The notes under the pieces were generated by a model, which ran no database searches, was not told the DNA's origin, and was given only the letters and a program-made list of their open reading frames with translations. 64,000 nucleotides of DNA from Eledone cirrhosa (taxonomy: Eukaryota). Position numbers and translations under genes: made by a program. Of this stretch, positions 1 to 12,366 are shown piece after piece; within the stretch, counting starts at the first letter, position 1, and every line of letters begins with the position of its first letter. Location of the stretch: assembly GCA_964016885.1 (NCBI GenBank), contig OZ024759.1, positions 17,980,001 to 18,044,000 on the forward strand, in the 5' to 3' direction.

Positions 1-120
1 CGGTTCTATGTAGGTCTATCTGGATCTAAGTCTGTGTGGGTGTGACTGGATTGAGCTGTGGATGTGAGAGGAGTCAGGGTGTGGGAATAGAGACAATCAG
101 GTGACAGTCAACCTTTTGCT

Positions 121-258
121 TCTTCTTCTTCTTCTTCTTCTTCTTTTTCTTCTTCTTCTTCTTCTTCTTCTTCTTCTTCTTCTGCTTTTTCTTCTTCTTC
201 TTCTTCTTCTTCTTCTTCTTCTTCTTCTTCTTCTTCTTCTTCTTCTTCTTCTTCTTCT
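121..258. repeat. (CTT)n microsatellite
   Basis: Near-perfect CTT run; explains the poly-K/R/L ORFs at 74-316. Confidence 0.95.
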
Positions 259-514
259 CCCCCTTCCCCCTCCCTCCACTATAAACCAAGACACCTGTTG
301 TCACCAGGTTGTTTAATCATCACAACTACACTATTAACACCACCACCACCACCACACAACAACAACAACAACTGCTATCATAACCAATAAAACAAGTAAT
401 ACTTCCCTTTCCACTATCTCCACCACTAGATAGTTAGATAGACAGAGAGAAAGATAGTTAGATAGACAGAGAGAAAGATAGTTAGATAGACAGAGAGAAA
501 GATAGTTAGACATC

Positions 515-1443
515 TTTCTTTATTTGCCACATTACAAGACGTGATGGCGGGGGGTTTTACATAAAAATCATATAACTTTAACATTAATAAATAACAATAA
601 ACTATATATAATAAAATAACAATTGAAATCCCCAATAGGGGGGAACGTTACTGCGGGGTTGTTTTACACCCCCGTGGACAGAACAACCCTCAACACCAGG
701 AACACGTTTTGTAGGTGTTTCTGTCTTCCCTCTGTTTATCTTCCTCAACCTACAGGTTTATATACAGAGAAGGCCCATTCACTCGGGCCATTTTCGCCAC
801 ATTCACCCACCTTTCAGCGAATTTACTGGGGTGTAGCACCTCTTTCTCCATGCTCACCTTCCTTCTGAAGTGGTACTTAAAGAAGGCGTTAAGTTGTTGT
901 CCTTTTAACCTCATCCACCATATTACCTCTTTCACCATAGCCACCAGACAGAGGAAGACTGCCTCTCCTTCATTCTTAAATGAAGGCGGCGGGGTGATCC
1001 TCCCGATGGACTCGGCTGACAACTGGATGCGTCCCACACATGACGGTAGCTGTTCGACGTAATTCCACAGGTCGGTCACCCCTAGGCACTGAACAATTGT
1101 ATGCAGAACAGTTTCGATGTCCTGCTCGCATCTTGGACAGGTCCTTTTGGCAGGATCTCTGCCAGGGCGTTCGTGCCTGTAGATTTTGTCTCGAACTGGT
1201 AGAGCTCCTCGGTAGCACTGCCAGGCCAGAGACCTCTGGAAGTTATCCATAGGCCCTGGACGGAAAGTCATCCCAAACAGACTGGTCAGTCATCTTCCTC
1301 GATGCCTAGAATTTCCCCGAGAACGTCGTCGCACTTATCCCCCACTAATCCCCTATAGAATGTCGAAGTGGAGTCTCCGCTGATTGCCGGTTCCGCTTGG
1401 TAGAGGGCTGTGAGCGCCTGAAGGCACTCGAGGTGCCAGGCAT
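515..1443 (-). mobile_element. 5'-truncated Tx1/L1-clade non-LTR retrotransposon (ORF2 C-terminus with zf-RVT-type CCHC motif, plus 3' UTR)
   Basis: ORF 750-1271 has AWQCYRGALPV...CPRCEQDIETVLHTIVQC (CX2C-X8-H-X4-C), typical of L1/Tx1 ORF2 ends. Frameshift near 1271-1286. Ends AATAAAGAAAG. Flanked on both sides by GATA-type repeats. Paralog at 12365-13336. Confidence 0.85.
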
Positions 1444-1459
1444 GATAGTTAGATAGATT

Positions 1460-1491
<32 letters not shown>

Positions 1492-1524
1492 TAGAGATAG
1501 ATTGATAGATAGATATAAATAGAT

Positions 1525-1556
<32 letters not shown>

Positions 1557-1770
1557 CATGGATAGTGGAAGTGAGAGAAAGACAGACAGAGAGAAAGTGA
1601 AAGAAAGAGAGAAAGACAGATAGACGGAAAGAAAAAGAAAGAGTGAGAGAAAGAGAGAGAGGGTAAAGAAAGAGTGATTACTTGTAAAATCAACCCAGTT
1701 GAGGTCTCCCTGTATATTTATAAGCTGGGGGATCTTAACAACATCATGCTTCTCCCACACACATACATAC

Positions 1771-1855
1771 ATGCTGAACATCCTCCTGTGAAGCATTGCA
1801 CTGAGGTCCTAACTTGCTGGTCATTTTTTAAATTATTATTGCACCAGGTTCCGAG
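1771..1855 (-). other. Candidate internal exon of an unidentified minus-strand gene
   Basis: Minus strand: pyrimidine tract TTTTCTGTGGTTCCTTCCCAG then exon, then donor GTATGT. Readable as LGTWCNNNLKNDQQVRTSVQCFTGGCSA, or with AAAAA-ATG start as MTSKLGPQCNASQEDVQH. No homology recognised. Confidence 0.3.
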
Positions 1856-2716
1856 CTGGGAAGGAACCACAGAAAATAATTAATTGATGATGCTTTTGTC
1901 AGCCATATTTCCTTCAAAACAAATAAAAAAACCAATAGGAAAAGCATAAATTTCATGTTCAAAATTCTAACCAAACCAACTGCTTTTAAAATTTGTAAAT
2001 CTTTCACACCCTGTTTACTATGTGCGTTAGCACAAATACTGCTCATTTTCAAATCTCACTGGAAAAACAAGAAAAAGAAACCCCTACAGCTATTACTCAC
2101 AATCTAGTTGGATTTAGTAACATGTACTATGCATTGACTAAAGAATTTAAGAGCCCATTTAGATACAAGCAAATACTAACACAGACACCTTCTCAACTCG
2201 CTCTCCTCACAATCAACCCTAGGCTTGTATCTACTTTATTGTCCCTGAAAGGTACAAGATGTGACAACTTGGAAGAGAGAGGGTAGCACCAGTACTGGGC
2301 TTGTATCTACTTTATTGTCCCTGAAAGGATGAAAGGTAAGGTGGGCCTTGATAGGATTTGAACTCAGAATGCAGAGATCCTGAACAAACAAATATCCAGT
2401 GCTATAACAACTCTGCTAAATCAACTTACCTCTTTCCTTAACTATATCATTTACGCCATGGTGGACTGAGGTATTCCACAGTGATATTACACTGTTTCCT
2501 GTGTGAGGAAGTACACCATAGCTATATAATTTGCATCATGGTGGACATGTATATCCCGCAGTGATATCATCATGTTTCCTGTGAGAAAGTAGATACACCT
2601 ATTATTTACACCATGGTGGACACAATTGATGGCAGCTACATTTCCCAGTCTGCAGAATCAATGTAGGGATTTTAACAGAATAATAACAGATACTATGGTG
2701 TACTATAGGATAAACA

Positions 2717-3360
2717 TCATCATCATCATTATATGTCTGCTTACCATCCTAGTGTTGGCTGGATGGGTCATTATGGTCCAAGACTAGACTAGTTTAAAAG
2801 CATAACTTGTTCATTGGCTTGATTTCTATGGCTGGATGCTCTTTCTAACATCAACCACTTCTCTAGAACTATATTAGGTGCATTTTTCCATGGTACTATC
2901 ACTGCTACTTTACAAAGTCTGCTGAGTGCATTTTAACATGGCACCAGCACTACCAATTTACAGAGTTGACTTGTATTTTATAGTGGCACCAGCACTACCA
3001 TTTTACAGTGTACTAAGTGCATTTTATTGTGGCTCTATCACTGTCAATATATAGGGTGTACTGTGTGCAGTTTAGCATGGCACCAGCACTATCAATTTAC
3101 AGGGTTGACTGGTTGTATGTTATTGTGGCACCAGCACTACCATTTTACAGAGTGTACTAAGTGCATTTTATCGTGGTTCTACCACTATCAATTCATAGGG
3201 TGTACTGTGTTCACTTTAGCATGGCACCAGCACTACCTTGTTACAAACTGTACTGGGTGCATTTTATAACAGCAGTACTACCACTTTACAGAGCATACTG
3301 AGCATAATTTAACATAGCTCCAGCACTTCTACCTTACCCAAGTGTGTTGGATGCACTTTA
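2717..3360 (-). mobile_element. Old RTE 3' UTR remnant with degenerate ~45-bp internal tandem repeats
   Basis: (CAT)n tail at 2717, TTTCTATGGCTGGATGCT motif, then repeated ATGGCACCAGCACTACCA..TTTACAG units. Confidence 0.6.
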
Positions 3361-3703
3361 TACATTTTAACCTTCACTGCATGTATAAACAAATAAAAAT
3401 TACATACATATGCTGGAGGACAGCCATAAAGGTTATTGTCCCCCTTGTTTATTCAACCTCTCTGTGAACAGAGGTTATATAAACAAATGACAGCTTTTAC
3501 AGACTAGACACTAATGTATCTAAATAATCTTAATTAGTTTACACAATCAGTGATGGCTAAATTTTATAGATCTGATCTATAGTACACCAAGTACCTAAAA
3601 TAAACACTGCTACTGTGGCAGTAATTTCATTCAAACCTGTTGATACTAACCTGAAACTGACCCTGGCTGTATGATAATAATGCAACTGTTTTAAGAGTGT
3701 TTA

Positions 3704-4340
3704 TCATCATCATCATCATCGTTTAATATTCATTTTTCCATACTAACATGGGTTAGATAAGTTGTCCCATTGTAAGACAAGCCAGATTAGATGACTGTGT
3801 CTTGCACATACGGAATTGATTTTGGCTTGGTTTCTATGGTTGGATGCCCTTCTTAATGCCAACCACCTTTACAGTGTGTACTAGGTGCTTTTTATCATGA
3901 CACCTACAGTGTAAGCTGGGTGCTTTTTTATCATGTCCACTTTACAGTGTGCACCAAAACGACCACTTTACAGTGCGCTCATTGTTGTGTCACCTACACA
4001 AACACTTTACAGTGTGTACTGGGAGCTTTTTGTCGTGAGACCAACACAACCACTTTACAGTGGGGACTGGGCACTTTTTGTCATGACACCAACACGACCA
4101 CTTTACAGTGTGGACTGGGCACTTTTTGTCATGACACCAACACGACCACTTTACAGTGTGGACTGGGCACTTTTTGTCATGACACCAACACAACCACTTT
4201 ACAGTGTGGACTGGGCACTTTTTGTCGTGACACCAACACAACCACTTTACAGTGTGGACTGGGCACTTTTTGTCGTGACACCAACACAACCACTCTACAG
4301 TGTGGACTGGGCACTTTTTGTCGTGACACCAACACTGGGT
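3704..4340 (-). mobile_element. RTE 3' UTR remnant containing a 45-bp minisatellite (about 8 units, 3960-4335)
   Basis: (CAT)n tail then GGATGCCCTTC..AC motif. Unit ACCACTTTACAGTGTGGACTGGGCACTTTTTGTCATGACACCAACAC(A/G) gives 15-aa periodic ORFs. Confidence 0.8.
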
Positions 4341-4689
4341 ACCTTTTGATGTGGCACTAATATCAGAAAACTTTCCATTACAGTTTTATGTTAGTACCTT
4401 TATTAAGTTATGGTTCATTCATAATGAAAAATTTAGTTACATTACTAAATCTCTCAAAATTCTCAATTATTTTCAAAATTCCCAATTATTTTCAAAATTC
4501 CCAACTCTCTCTTTGATCGTTCTGATCAATTTTCTAGGTGCTGCTTACTTTCTGCTAGCACAAATTTCTCGGGGGACGGGATTGATGCCCTGCCTGTGGC
4601 CAACGTTGGTGGCCTTCTCTGTCAGGACAAACTCTGTATCTTCATTGCACTACGTGTGGGAGCCAAGTGTGTGTGGGACTGAGATGCCA

Positions 4690-5120
4690 CTGTGGTAGGT
4701 CCCATGACTCCACAGGTTTACATGGTTTGTTCTGCTGCCTGAATGCTGGTTGTTTTGCTCGTCATACTGAGCTAAACCTGATCATCAAACGGGCCCTGGC
4801 TAGGGGTAATATCCCCACAGTTCTGGTTTATCCAGAAGTGATGGGAGGTGACCAGATGGTCTTACCCTTTGTCCCTGGATGAGAGGTAGGTGTCTCATCT
4901 GGCATGTCACAGTCAGTGAGTCTTTCGCTCCCTCCCACATCATAGGCACCGCGGTGATTGTGGTGGTCACTGCTTCTGCTGCCAAAGGGAATAAAATTCA
5001 GAAATACCAGGACTTTCCAAACAATCATTTTTTCCAGCCTGTGGTGTTCAACACGTCTGGTGGAGTTGGGCCACTGACAGTGAAGTTCTTGTCTTCACTG
5101 GCGGCCAATTCTGAGAGTTC
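4690..5120 (+). pseudogene. Degraded C-terminal restriction-like endonuclease region of a CRE-like non-LTR retrotransposon
   Basis: Frame-broken motifs HGLFC..AG.FARHTELNLIIKRAL..GNIPTVL, PDG, PW.RGRCLIWHVTVSESFAPSH and KYQD...FFQPVVFNTSGGVGP match the RH..N..RAL / KRPDG / WD.T / F.P...E..G pattern of RLE-bearing CRE-type elements. Confidence 0.65.
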
Positions 5121-5619
5121 ACATTCATCCGTAGGACAAACGTAGCCCATGTGTCAAGTTTTGTGAAAATCGGTTGTAAACTCCAGAAGTTATGACGTTT
5201 TGTTGCATTGCACTGCAGTGCTTCAGTCGACTCCAAGGAAGTGGTCAAAGGGGGTTATCTGCCGGGAGGCCCTGTAATCAATATCTGTAAAAATGAAAGT
5301 GCCCATGACCATCCGGAGTACATAAGTAACCTATGTCTTAAGTTTGGTGAAAATACTGTAGAAATGCATAAGGTTTATACACGCACGCGCTCGTGTGTGT
5401 GTGTGTTTGTGTGGGTGTGTGTGGGGGTATGTATGTGTGTGTGCGTATGTATGTGTATGTCCGTCGGGGCATACATATGTACTGGCCTAAATCTTCACTA
5501 TTTACTTTTACTATTTTAATAACCTCTGTCATTTTCGTTTTCAATTTTATTTACATGATTCTTAAACTCCGCTGGAAATCATTCTGTTATGTTAAATAGA
5601 ATATTAGTCTAACGGCTCC

Positions 5620-6000
5620 ATTTATACCATAAACTTGGTCTTGTCTTTGCATGAAATTGTTCTTCTCGTTCCACATAACGACGTATTATCCTCGCTTTTC
5701 TTTCCGTTCATTGCCAGGGAACGTCTTCACGAACCAAAATATCGTCTTCCTGTTTTCGTTCGGTTCGAACGTTTCTCGAAATATTTACTTGTGCGTTCAC
5801 AGATTACTCTCAGTTCAATTTGAATGGGAAATTCCTGTTTCATCGATTTTCTCCGTAACCATGGAAGCTTGTAGCTTGAAAGTCGACCCAACGCCTCCTT
5901 GGGTCATTCTGCATAACTGTGTAAATTTTCGACGTTTATCCGACTACACCTACTTACTTAAATATACAACGTCCGACCACTTCCAATTTATATAGTAGAT
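5620..6000 (-). promoter_or_regulatory. CpG-rich candidate promoter/first exon of a minus-strand gene
   Basis: Non-repetitive and visibly CpG-rich against a CpG-poor background. Minus-strand consensus donor GTAAGTAG at 5950-5957, with a GGAAGT (ETS-like) motif about 25 nt upstream. Confidence 0.35.
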
Positions 6001-6174
6001 TTAACAGTGTTATTCTACTGTAATTTTATACAACTGTAATAAAATTTTCCCATTTGAAACATAAGCAGTAGCAGGGTCTTTTATGAGAAATGTGGTAACA
6101 AAATACTTTTGTTAAGTTATAGTCCAAGCTTCAATTTAATAATGACTAAGCTAGTTTCATTAGTTAATATTTAC

Positions 6175-6425
6175 AATAGACCTAGATAAATCCAGATAGA
6201 CCTAGACCAAGTTAGATCCGGGAGAAGGATAAAAAACATATCATAAATGTGACAATAGGTGGTGATAAACCAGATAGACCTAGTTAGACCTAAATAAACC
6301 CAAATAGACCTAGTTAGACCTAGATAAACCCAGATAGATGTAGTTAGACCTAGTTACCCCTAGTTAGACCCAGATAGATGTAGATAGACACAGATAGACT
6401 TAGATAGACCTAGTTAGACCTAAGA
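6175..6425. repeat. Degenerate TAGACCTAG/CCAGATAGA short tandem repeat
   Basis: Repeated TAGACCTAG(T/A)TA and CCAGATAGA motifs. Confidence 0.7.
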
Positions 6426-7149
6426 GAAAGATAATAAGTATGATATCATGAGTATGTATGTGACAATAAGGGGAATATAGCAAGTATGATGACTGTATGA
6501 CATGCTTAGTTGGATTTAAGAAGGTGATGTGGGGGCGGGGGAGGAAATGGACTGAGAAAGTCTGATACCATAGCTGTATGACAAATGTGGGGACAGGGTG
6601 GTGTCGAAGAGGGAAGGAGCAGGGATGATCTCCTATAAAGTGGAGGAGTGGCAATAATAAGAACAATTGTTAAAGAGCTGTGGAATTTTAACAGGAGGAT
6701 ATGAAGGATTAAAGAGGTGGAAGTGATCTTTGACAGAGTTGAGTGAGTAAAGTGGGGATTAGGAAAGTTAGTTGAGAGATACATATTTTAGTGGAAGGTA
6801 TTTTAGACACACACACATATTCTCTCTCTTAGCTCTCTCTCTCTCTATATATATATATATATGATAGAAATTCACTTCGCCAAATTTCATTGCATTGCTG
6901 TCTATCCCACGATATTCATATAACGTAATGTACATATTTTTCTTCATCTCTACCTCCACACTCCATATTTCGTATCAAGTCCAAATAGCCAATCTATTGC
7001 TAAAACAATCTACATTCTTTGTATTCATTAATTGTTAGATACGAAAGTTTTTGTCGTATTGAACAGAACAAATTTTGTATTTTTGTTAATCGCTTGTTAA
7101 ATGCAAGGACCCCATTCAATCATTACCTTCTATCTAGCTACCCAACACC

Positions 7150-7409
7150 CCTCCCACCCGCCCCCACGCACCACCATTGCTATTACGTGGACCAATCATA
7201 AGCCAGAGCCCCCACGCATCACCAGTATTATTATTACGCGGACCAATCATAAGCCAGAGGCCTATACTATCGCTTGCCTGGTTGCCTTTCGATATATGAT
7301 GGATGGATGGACTGCGGAATCCTGGAGAGTGGAGGAGAGAGAGAAAAATCTGGACGCTCAGCGACAATGCCAAAGATAAAGATAAAGACAAATTCACCTC
7401 GTGGACGAG
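7150..7409 (+). promoter_or_regulatory. GC box plus duplicated CCAAT boxes in a CpG-rich segment, truncated by the duplication breakpoint
   Basis: CCACCCGCCCC at about 7154-7164 and GGACCAATCATAAGCCAGAG twice (7189 and 7240). Short ORF start MPKIKIKTNSPRGR runs into the breakpoint at 7410. Confidence 0.4.
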
Positions 7410-8299
7410 AATTATATTGATATACATCATTTTGTAGCATATTTTTAAACCAGGTAGAGCCCATCTCTCTAGATCTGAGTACAGAAGATTTATTCTAGAG
7501 AAAGATAGATAGTGGGAGAATGGGAGTGAGAAAGAGATACAGAGGAAAAATCGATCCCCAGTACTTGACTCAAATGGATGAAAGGCAAAGTTGACCTTGG
7601 CAGGATTTGAACTCAGAGAGCTGAAATGAATACTGCAAAGCATTCTATCTGATGTTCTAAGGATTCTGCCAACTCACCACCTCTAGAAGATATGTAACAT
7701 CGTTGTTAAATCAAATGTTTATAGTATCTTTCCTATACAACAAATTGTTTTGAAAATTTAGTAGTTAGAGTAAAGACTTTAATATTTAATATGATGTAAG
7801 CTAGTACAAACTGATTCATGGTTGAGTGGTTGCCGACTAAATATGCTCCCCCACAAGACCCTAGTCTGGTAAAGAGGGTAAGTGGAACCCCGGCAGCACA
7901 AATATGGGTTAAATGGTCTCACCAACCCACAATTGGCCAAGTGTGGTGGGTACAGCTACACCCTTGACATGACAAAAACCAAACAGAAAGTGGTGGAGGT
8001 CAACCAGGGAAGGGTTCCTTCAACGGGAGTGAGAAGGCCCTGGATTGGATTAGATTATGCTAAAAATAATATTGCATATGTGTGCTGATAATTAACTCTT
8101 AACATCTTGTAATGTTTAAGCAAAACAATCTAACAATAGCTTTGTTAATTCAAATGTTTATTGTATCTTTATTAGTGGACAAGTTGCGAACACTTTAAAC
8201 ATTAGAGCAAAGACTTAAACATTTTTAATGTAATGTTTTGTATTTTTAATGAATGACTTGCTAATGTGGTTTACCATGGTACAGGATGTTAAAAGTTGA

Positions 8300-8630
8300 A
8301 AGAGAATTGACTAATCGTAACAAAACAGATTAAAGATAGATAAAGAAATGCTTTAGCTAAGTATGCTTTCCTACCAATAAGTCTGGTAGAAGAAAACGGC
8401 AAATAAATATTTATCATGCTAATAATCTTTCGAAACATTGGCAAATTTCCAAAATTCCACAAAGTCCGTAAGCAAAGGAAAACTGTATCAATAATAATTG
8501 GAGCACTATATATGATTAAAAAAAAATACAATGTAGAGAATACAAACCATATGAGGGCTGTCAACTTTACACTCACTCCCAAATATAGACTTGCTTAGCA
8601 CAGCTTACATTGTATGCCAGACACTTTAAA
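8300..8630 (+). pseudogene. Degraded R4/Dong-like LINE C-terminus (also duplicated at about 21030-21360)
   Basis: KTVSIIIGALYMIKK and LLSTAYIV resemble the PVIIGALG..K / LGTA.ILR end motif of R4-clade RLE elements. Confidence 0.45.
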
Positions 8631-9404
8631 TTCAATAATACAACTGAAATAGTTGTGGTAGTGAATTGGAATATATTTCAAGTACATTACACCCTCAACA
8701 TACAACACATCCATTCACCATTCTGTAAAATAATATAGCTCACACAGCAGATTATCTATGAAATCACCACCATATCATCATCATCATCATCATTTAGTAT
8801 CTGTTTTTAATTCTAGCAAGAGTTAGATGGGTAATCGCATAGCAAGTCATTAATTAGTTGGGGCTACAGTCTACTGTGTAGAACAAATAAAATGGAAAAA
8901 CAGACCGTCTCATCTTCTCAGTCAACCTCTGGAAATCACTATAGTTTTGGTTAATTAAGGTTAATACTATTCATTCCAGTGTACATTAAGATGTAACAAA
9001 ACAGGTAGAGATAAAGACAGGCTAAGTTATGCCTTCGGTGAATTACAAAAATGACGGTCTAACGTATCTCAAGCAAATCAACTGACAAAGAAGAGAGGGA
9101 ACAATGTGTGAGGTCTTAGTCAGAGGAAATAAAAATATAGAAAAGAGAGCATTAGAAAAACGGAAGTAATAGGCACTGCAGTTGAATGTGCCAACAAAGA
9201 AGAATGACACTGGCATATTAGAAAGGAGAATAGAGGAAAAGACACTGTGGCGTCAAATATAAGATAGTATTTTTTAAAAATCAAAACACATGGCTAAGTC
9301 TTCAGAATATGAATTTAAAACAAGCTGGGCGTCGCACAAACACAGAACAAAGACAATATGAACATACACACACACACACATACGCACACATATAAAGTAT
9401 GGTG

Positions 9405-9456
<52 letters not shown>

Positions 9457-10078
9457 GTGTAACTGGCCTTTCACACTTACACCTCTCTTAGACAATGTCT
9501 CTGGCTTGAGACCTTTGGCGCTACACAGCAATACAGAAGACCCGCCTTCCCTTACGTACAAAGTTAAACCTACACCCCATCCCATTACCCCCACTCCATT
9601 CTTCCACTTCCACCCACATCACCCTTTCTCTGTAACGTTATGTTTGTACCACAGAACACCCAGTCCACACTGTAATGTGTTCGTGTAGGTGTCACGACAA
9701 AAAGTACCCAGTCCACGCTGTAAAGTGTTCGTGTAGGTGTCACGACAAAAAGTACCCAGTCCACGCTGTAAAGTGTTCGTGTAGGTGTCATGACAAAAAG
9801 TACCCAGTCCACGCTGTAAAGTGTTCGTGTAGGTGTCACGACAAAAAGTACCCAGTCCACACTGTAAAGTGTTTGTGTAGGAGACACAGTAAAAAGGTTC
9901 CCTGTCCACACTGTAAATATGGTTGGTGTTAGGAAGGCCATCGAACCATAGAAAACCTGCCAGATACAATCCTATACAAGCGAGACACGATCAAATGGGA
10001 CAATCCTGTCTAACATCTAACCCATGCTATTGTGGAAGATGGACGTTAAGCGATGATGGTGAAGATAATGATGATGAT
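9457..10078 (+). mobile_element. RTE LINE 3' end with 48-bp minisatellite (about 5 units) and (GAT)n tail
   Basis: Start matches the coding end of the RTE at 14477-15604 / 18312-18908. 48-bp unit GTAGGTGTCACGACAAAAAGTACCCAGTCCACGCTGTAAAGTGTTCGT. Ends GGACGTTAAGCGATGATG. Confidence 0.85.
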
Positions 10079-10324
10079 ATATATATATATATATATTATG
10101 AAATTAACGAAGACCACTGGTATTAATTCAATGGTTCCCGGCCAGCATCTAGCTCATTCAATGAATCTGCCAAATTGCAGTAATGCAGTTGCAATCAGCT
10201 GTTCAGAGTGCACACATTTAATTAATAGCAGATATGGTGGTGGGGTTTAGGTAGAGAGAAAGGTAAAATTCTCATATTCTGGACGATAACGTTTCTGCGC
10301 AACATAACTTCACAAATGCAGATC

Positions 10325-10630
10325 ACCCCGTTCTATGTAAAGTTGTGTTGGTGCCGCGCCATCCAGGCCGAAACAAATGAGATCGTGTAGGTGTCACGAC
10401 AAAAAAACACAGTCCACGCTGTAATGTGGCCGTGTAGGCAACACGGTAAAAACCTCCCAGACCCACACTGTAAATGTGGTTGGTGTTAGGAAGGGCATCC
10501 AACTGTAGAAAACCTGCCAGACAGTCCTATGCGAGCAAGACAATCACTCTTGCCTCAAGTGGGACTACCCCCATCCAAGCCCATGCAAGCGTGGAACACG
10601 GACGTTAAACGTTGATGATGATGATGATGA

Positions 10631-10633
<3 letters not shown>
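10325..10633 (+). mobile_element. RTE 3' UTR copy with (GAT)n tail
   Basis: Nearly identical to the reverse complement of 18312-18620 and to 62040-62258. Confidence 0.85.
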
Positions 10634-10666
<33 letters not shown>

Positions 10667-10793
10667 ATATATATATATATGTGTATATATATATTTTTCC
10701 CAATATCACACATCAATCTAAAACTACTTCTCATATGTTGATTTAAAATTGAACTATCCACAAGTGTTTTTTAACCTTCATATCATCTCTTCC

Positions 10794-10864
10794 TGTTTTA
10801 TCTGATGAAAACACAAATATTATTGCATGATGATATTTGTTTTTGAAATGCGCATAATAAAATA
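10794..10864 (+). ncRNA. Type I hammerhead ribozyme motif (minimal stem III)
   Basis: Stem I TGTTTTAT/ATAAAATA; CTGATGA 10802-10808; 15-bp stem II with one mismatch and one G-U; GAAA 10845-10848; palindromic TGCGCA stem III; predicted cleavage after 10856 (AUA). Confidence 0.85.
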
Positions 10865-10894
10865 CATGGAACTCTTTTAACCATCTTTTGTTCT

Positions 10895-10955
<61 letters not shown>

Positions 10956-11165
10956 CGTGTGTTCATGTTGGGAGGTGGGGGTGGCTGAACTTGCCTGTAG
11001 AACAATATGGGAGTGGGTGGAGCCAGTCAATCATTGAAAGTGAATTCTTTGTTCTACAGGCAAGTTCAGCCACCAAGACCGCCCCTGCCATGAAAGATTT
11101 AATTGTGTTTACAAGAAATGTTAACCAATCCTTTTGACAACTACATTCTTCCTATATAAGGAATT

Positions 11166-11260
11166 ACCCCTTGAAAAGTTCAGCTATTTATTACCACACT
11201 AAAAATTCTAATTTAGTCCAGAAATAGCCATCGAAACGGCTTGAGCTCTGCCGTCGGGGT
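11166..11260 (+). ncRNA. Type I hammerhead ribozyme motif, U3-A8 core variant
   Basis: Stem I ACCCC/GGGGT; core TTGAAAA; stem II GCTATTT/AAATAGC with inner ACTAAA/TTTAGT hairpin; GAAA 11233-11236; stem III CGGC/GCCG; GUC triplet ending 11255. Confidence 0.7.
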
Positions 11261-11419
11261 CATACTTTTTCCTATTACCCACTCTACTACCCTAAGTATT
11301 GAGTACTCTGGTGCGTTATGGTCCATCTGGTTCCTTACCACAATTTCTTCGTTCCTTCTTTATATATATATATATTCAATGATATTAAATAAATGGAAAC
11401 TATATTTATAAAACCTATT

Positions 11420-11480
11420 TATTCTATTATATATATTTCAAGGGTACCAAAACTTTGGTACGCTTTCATCAGATAAAATA
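11420..11480 (-). ncRNA. Type I hammerhead ribozyme motif (minimal stem III)
   Basis: Minus strand: TATTTTAT CTGATGA AAGC GTACCAAA GT TTTGGTAC CCTT GAAA TATATA TA ATAGAATA. Confidence 0.85.
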
Positions 11481-11563
11481 CAAAGTTTGTTTTATATCCA
11501 AGAAAAACTTGAACCGTTAAGGAATGTTTCTTGGTTATGTCAACATTTATAAAACAAACTTTG

Positions 11564-11624
11564 TATTTTATCTGATGAAAGCGTACCAAAGTTTTAGTAC
11601 CCTTGAAATATATATAATAGAATA
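11564..11624 (+). ncRNA. Type I hammerhead ribozyme motif (minimal stem III)
   Basis: TATTTTAT, CTGATGA (11572-11578), stem II, GAAA (11605-11608), TATATA, TA, ATAGAATA. Confidence 0.8.
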
Positions 11625-12207
11625 AATATGGTTTTATAAATATAGTTTTCATTTATTTAATAACATTGAATATTATACTCCAGAAAACATGTTGAGTGCT
11701 CTAAATCAATTATAAACATTTATATTTGTTGAATTACCAACAAATTGTATATCCCTTTTGCTTATATATATATGTTTATACATCTTATACGTGCATTGAT
11801 ACGTATATATACATACATACTATCTATCTAAGGGACAATACAATTCCATATACAAGGTTTACAGATGAATTTTTCACATCTTTCACACAGAATATAGGGT
11901 TATTTCTGATCACCATATCTCTCCTGTAATGTGTTGTTACAAGTTCTATGCAGTCTGAAGTGTTAATTACGGTTATATGTTAGTTATGTAAGTTCATACT
12001 TGAATGGCCAATGAAAAAATATTTCTAGTGGAAAGCTTTTATACTATATAGTTGACTAGTTAGCATTAAAAATGGGGTGGAAAGCAGTCGGTTGTAAACC
12101 AAGATAAAGAAATATGTATATATTTTTAATATAATTGTTTGTAAATATTCAGATGTGTAGAACAGGCCTGTGTATAGTTACTATGTCTGTCTATCTAGCT
12201 ATCTATC

Positions 12208-12326
12208 TGGGGATTTCGATTGTTACAATTGTTTGTTTTATATTTTTTTACACGATTGTATGTAAAATCCCTAGTATGTCTTTGTTTTGACCCCTTTTCT
12301 TGTGTGCCCATGTGGCTAATAAAGAA
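12208..12326 (+). mobile_element. Tx1-like 3' UTR-only fragment
   Basis: TGTAAAATCCC...ATGTGGCTAATAAAGAAA end, similar to the 3' ends at 515-570 and 13270-13336; bounded by (TATC)n. Confidence 0.55.
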
Positions 12327-12329
12327 ATA

Positions 12330-12364
<35 letters not shown>

Positions 12365-12366
<2 letters not shown>

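Larger units (their letters stand above)
7410..10626 (+). repeat. Segmental duplication, copy 1 (direct repeat of 20140-23521)
   Basis: Colinear and near-identical from AATTATATTGATATACATC to GTTGATGATG. Differences are scattered substitutions, microsatellite length and minisatellite copy number. Confidence 0.95.
11373..11673. mobile_element. Fold-back inverted repeat (about 125-bp arms), Penelope-like pseudo-LTR remnant
   Basis: 11373-11495 is the near-perfect reverse complement of 11548-11673. Each arm holds a hammerhead. Single-arm homolog at 45613-45790. Confidence 0.75.
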
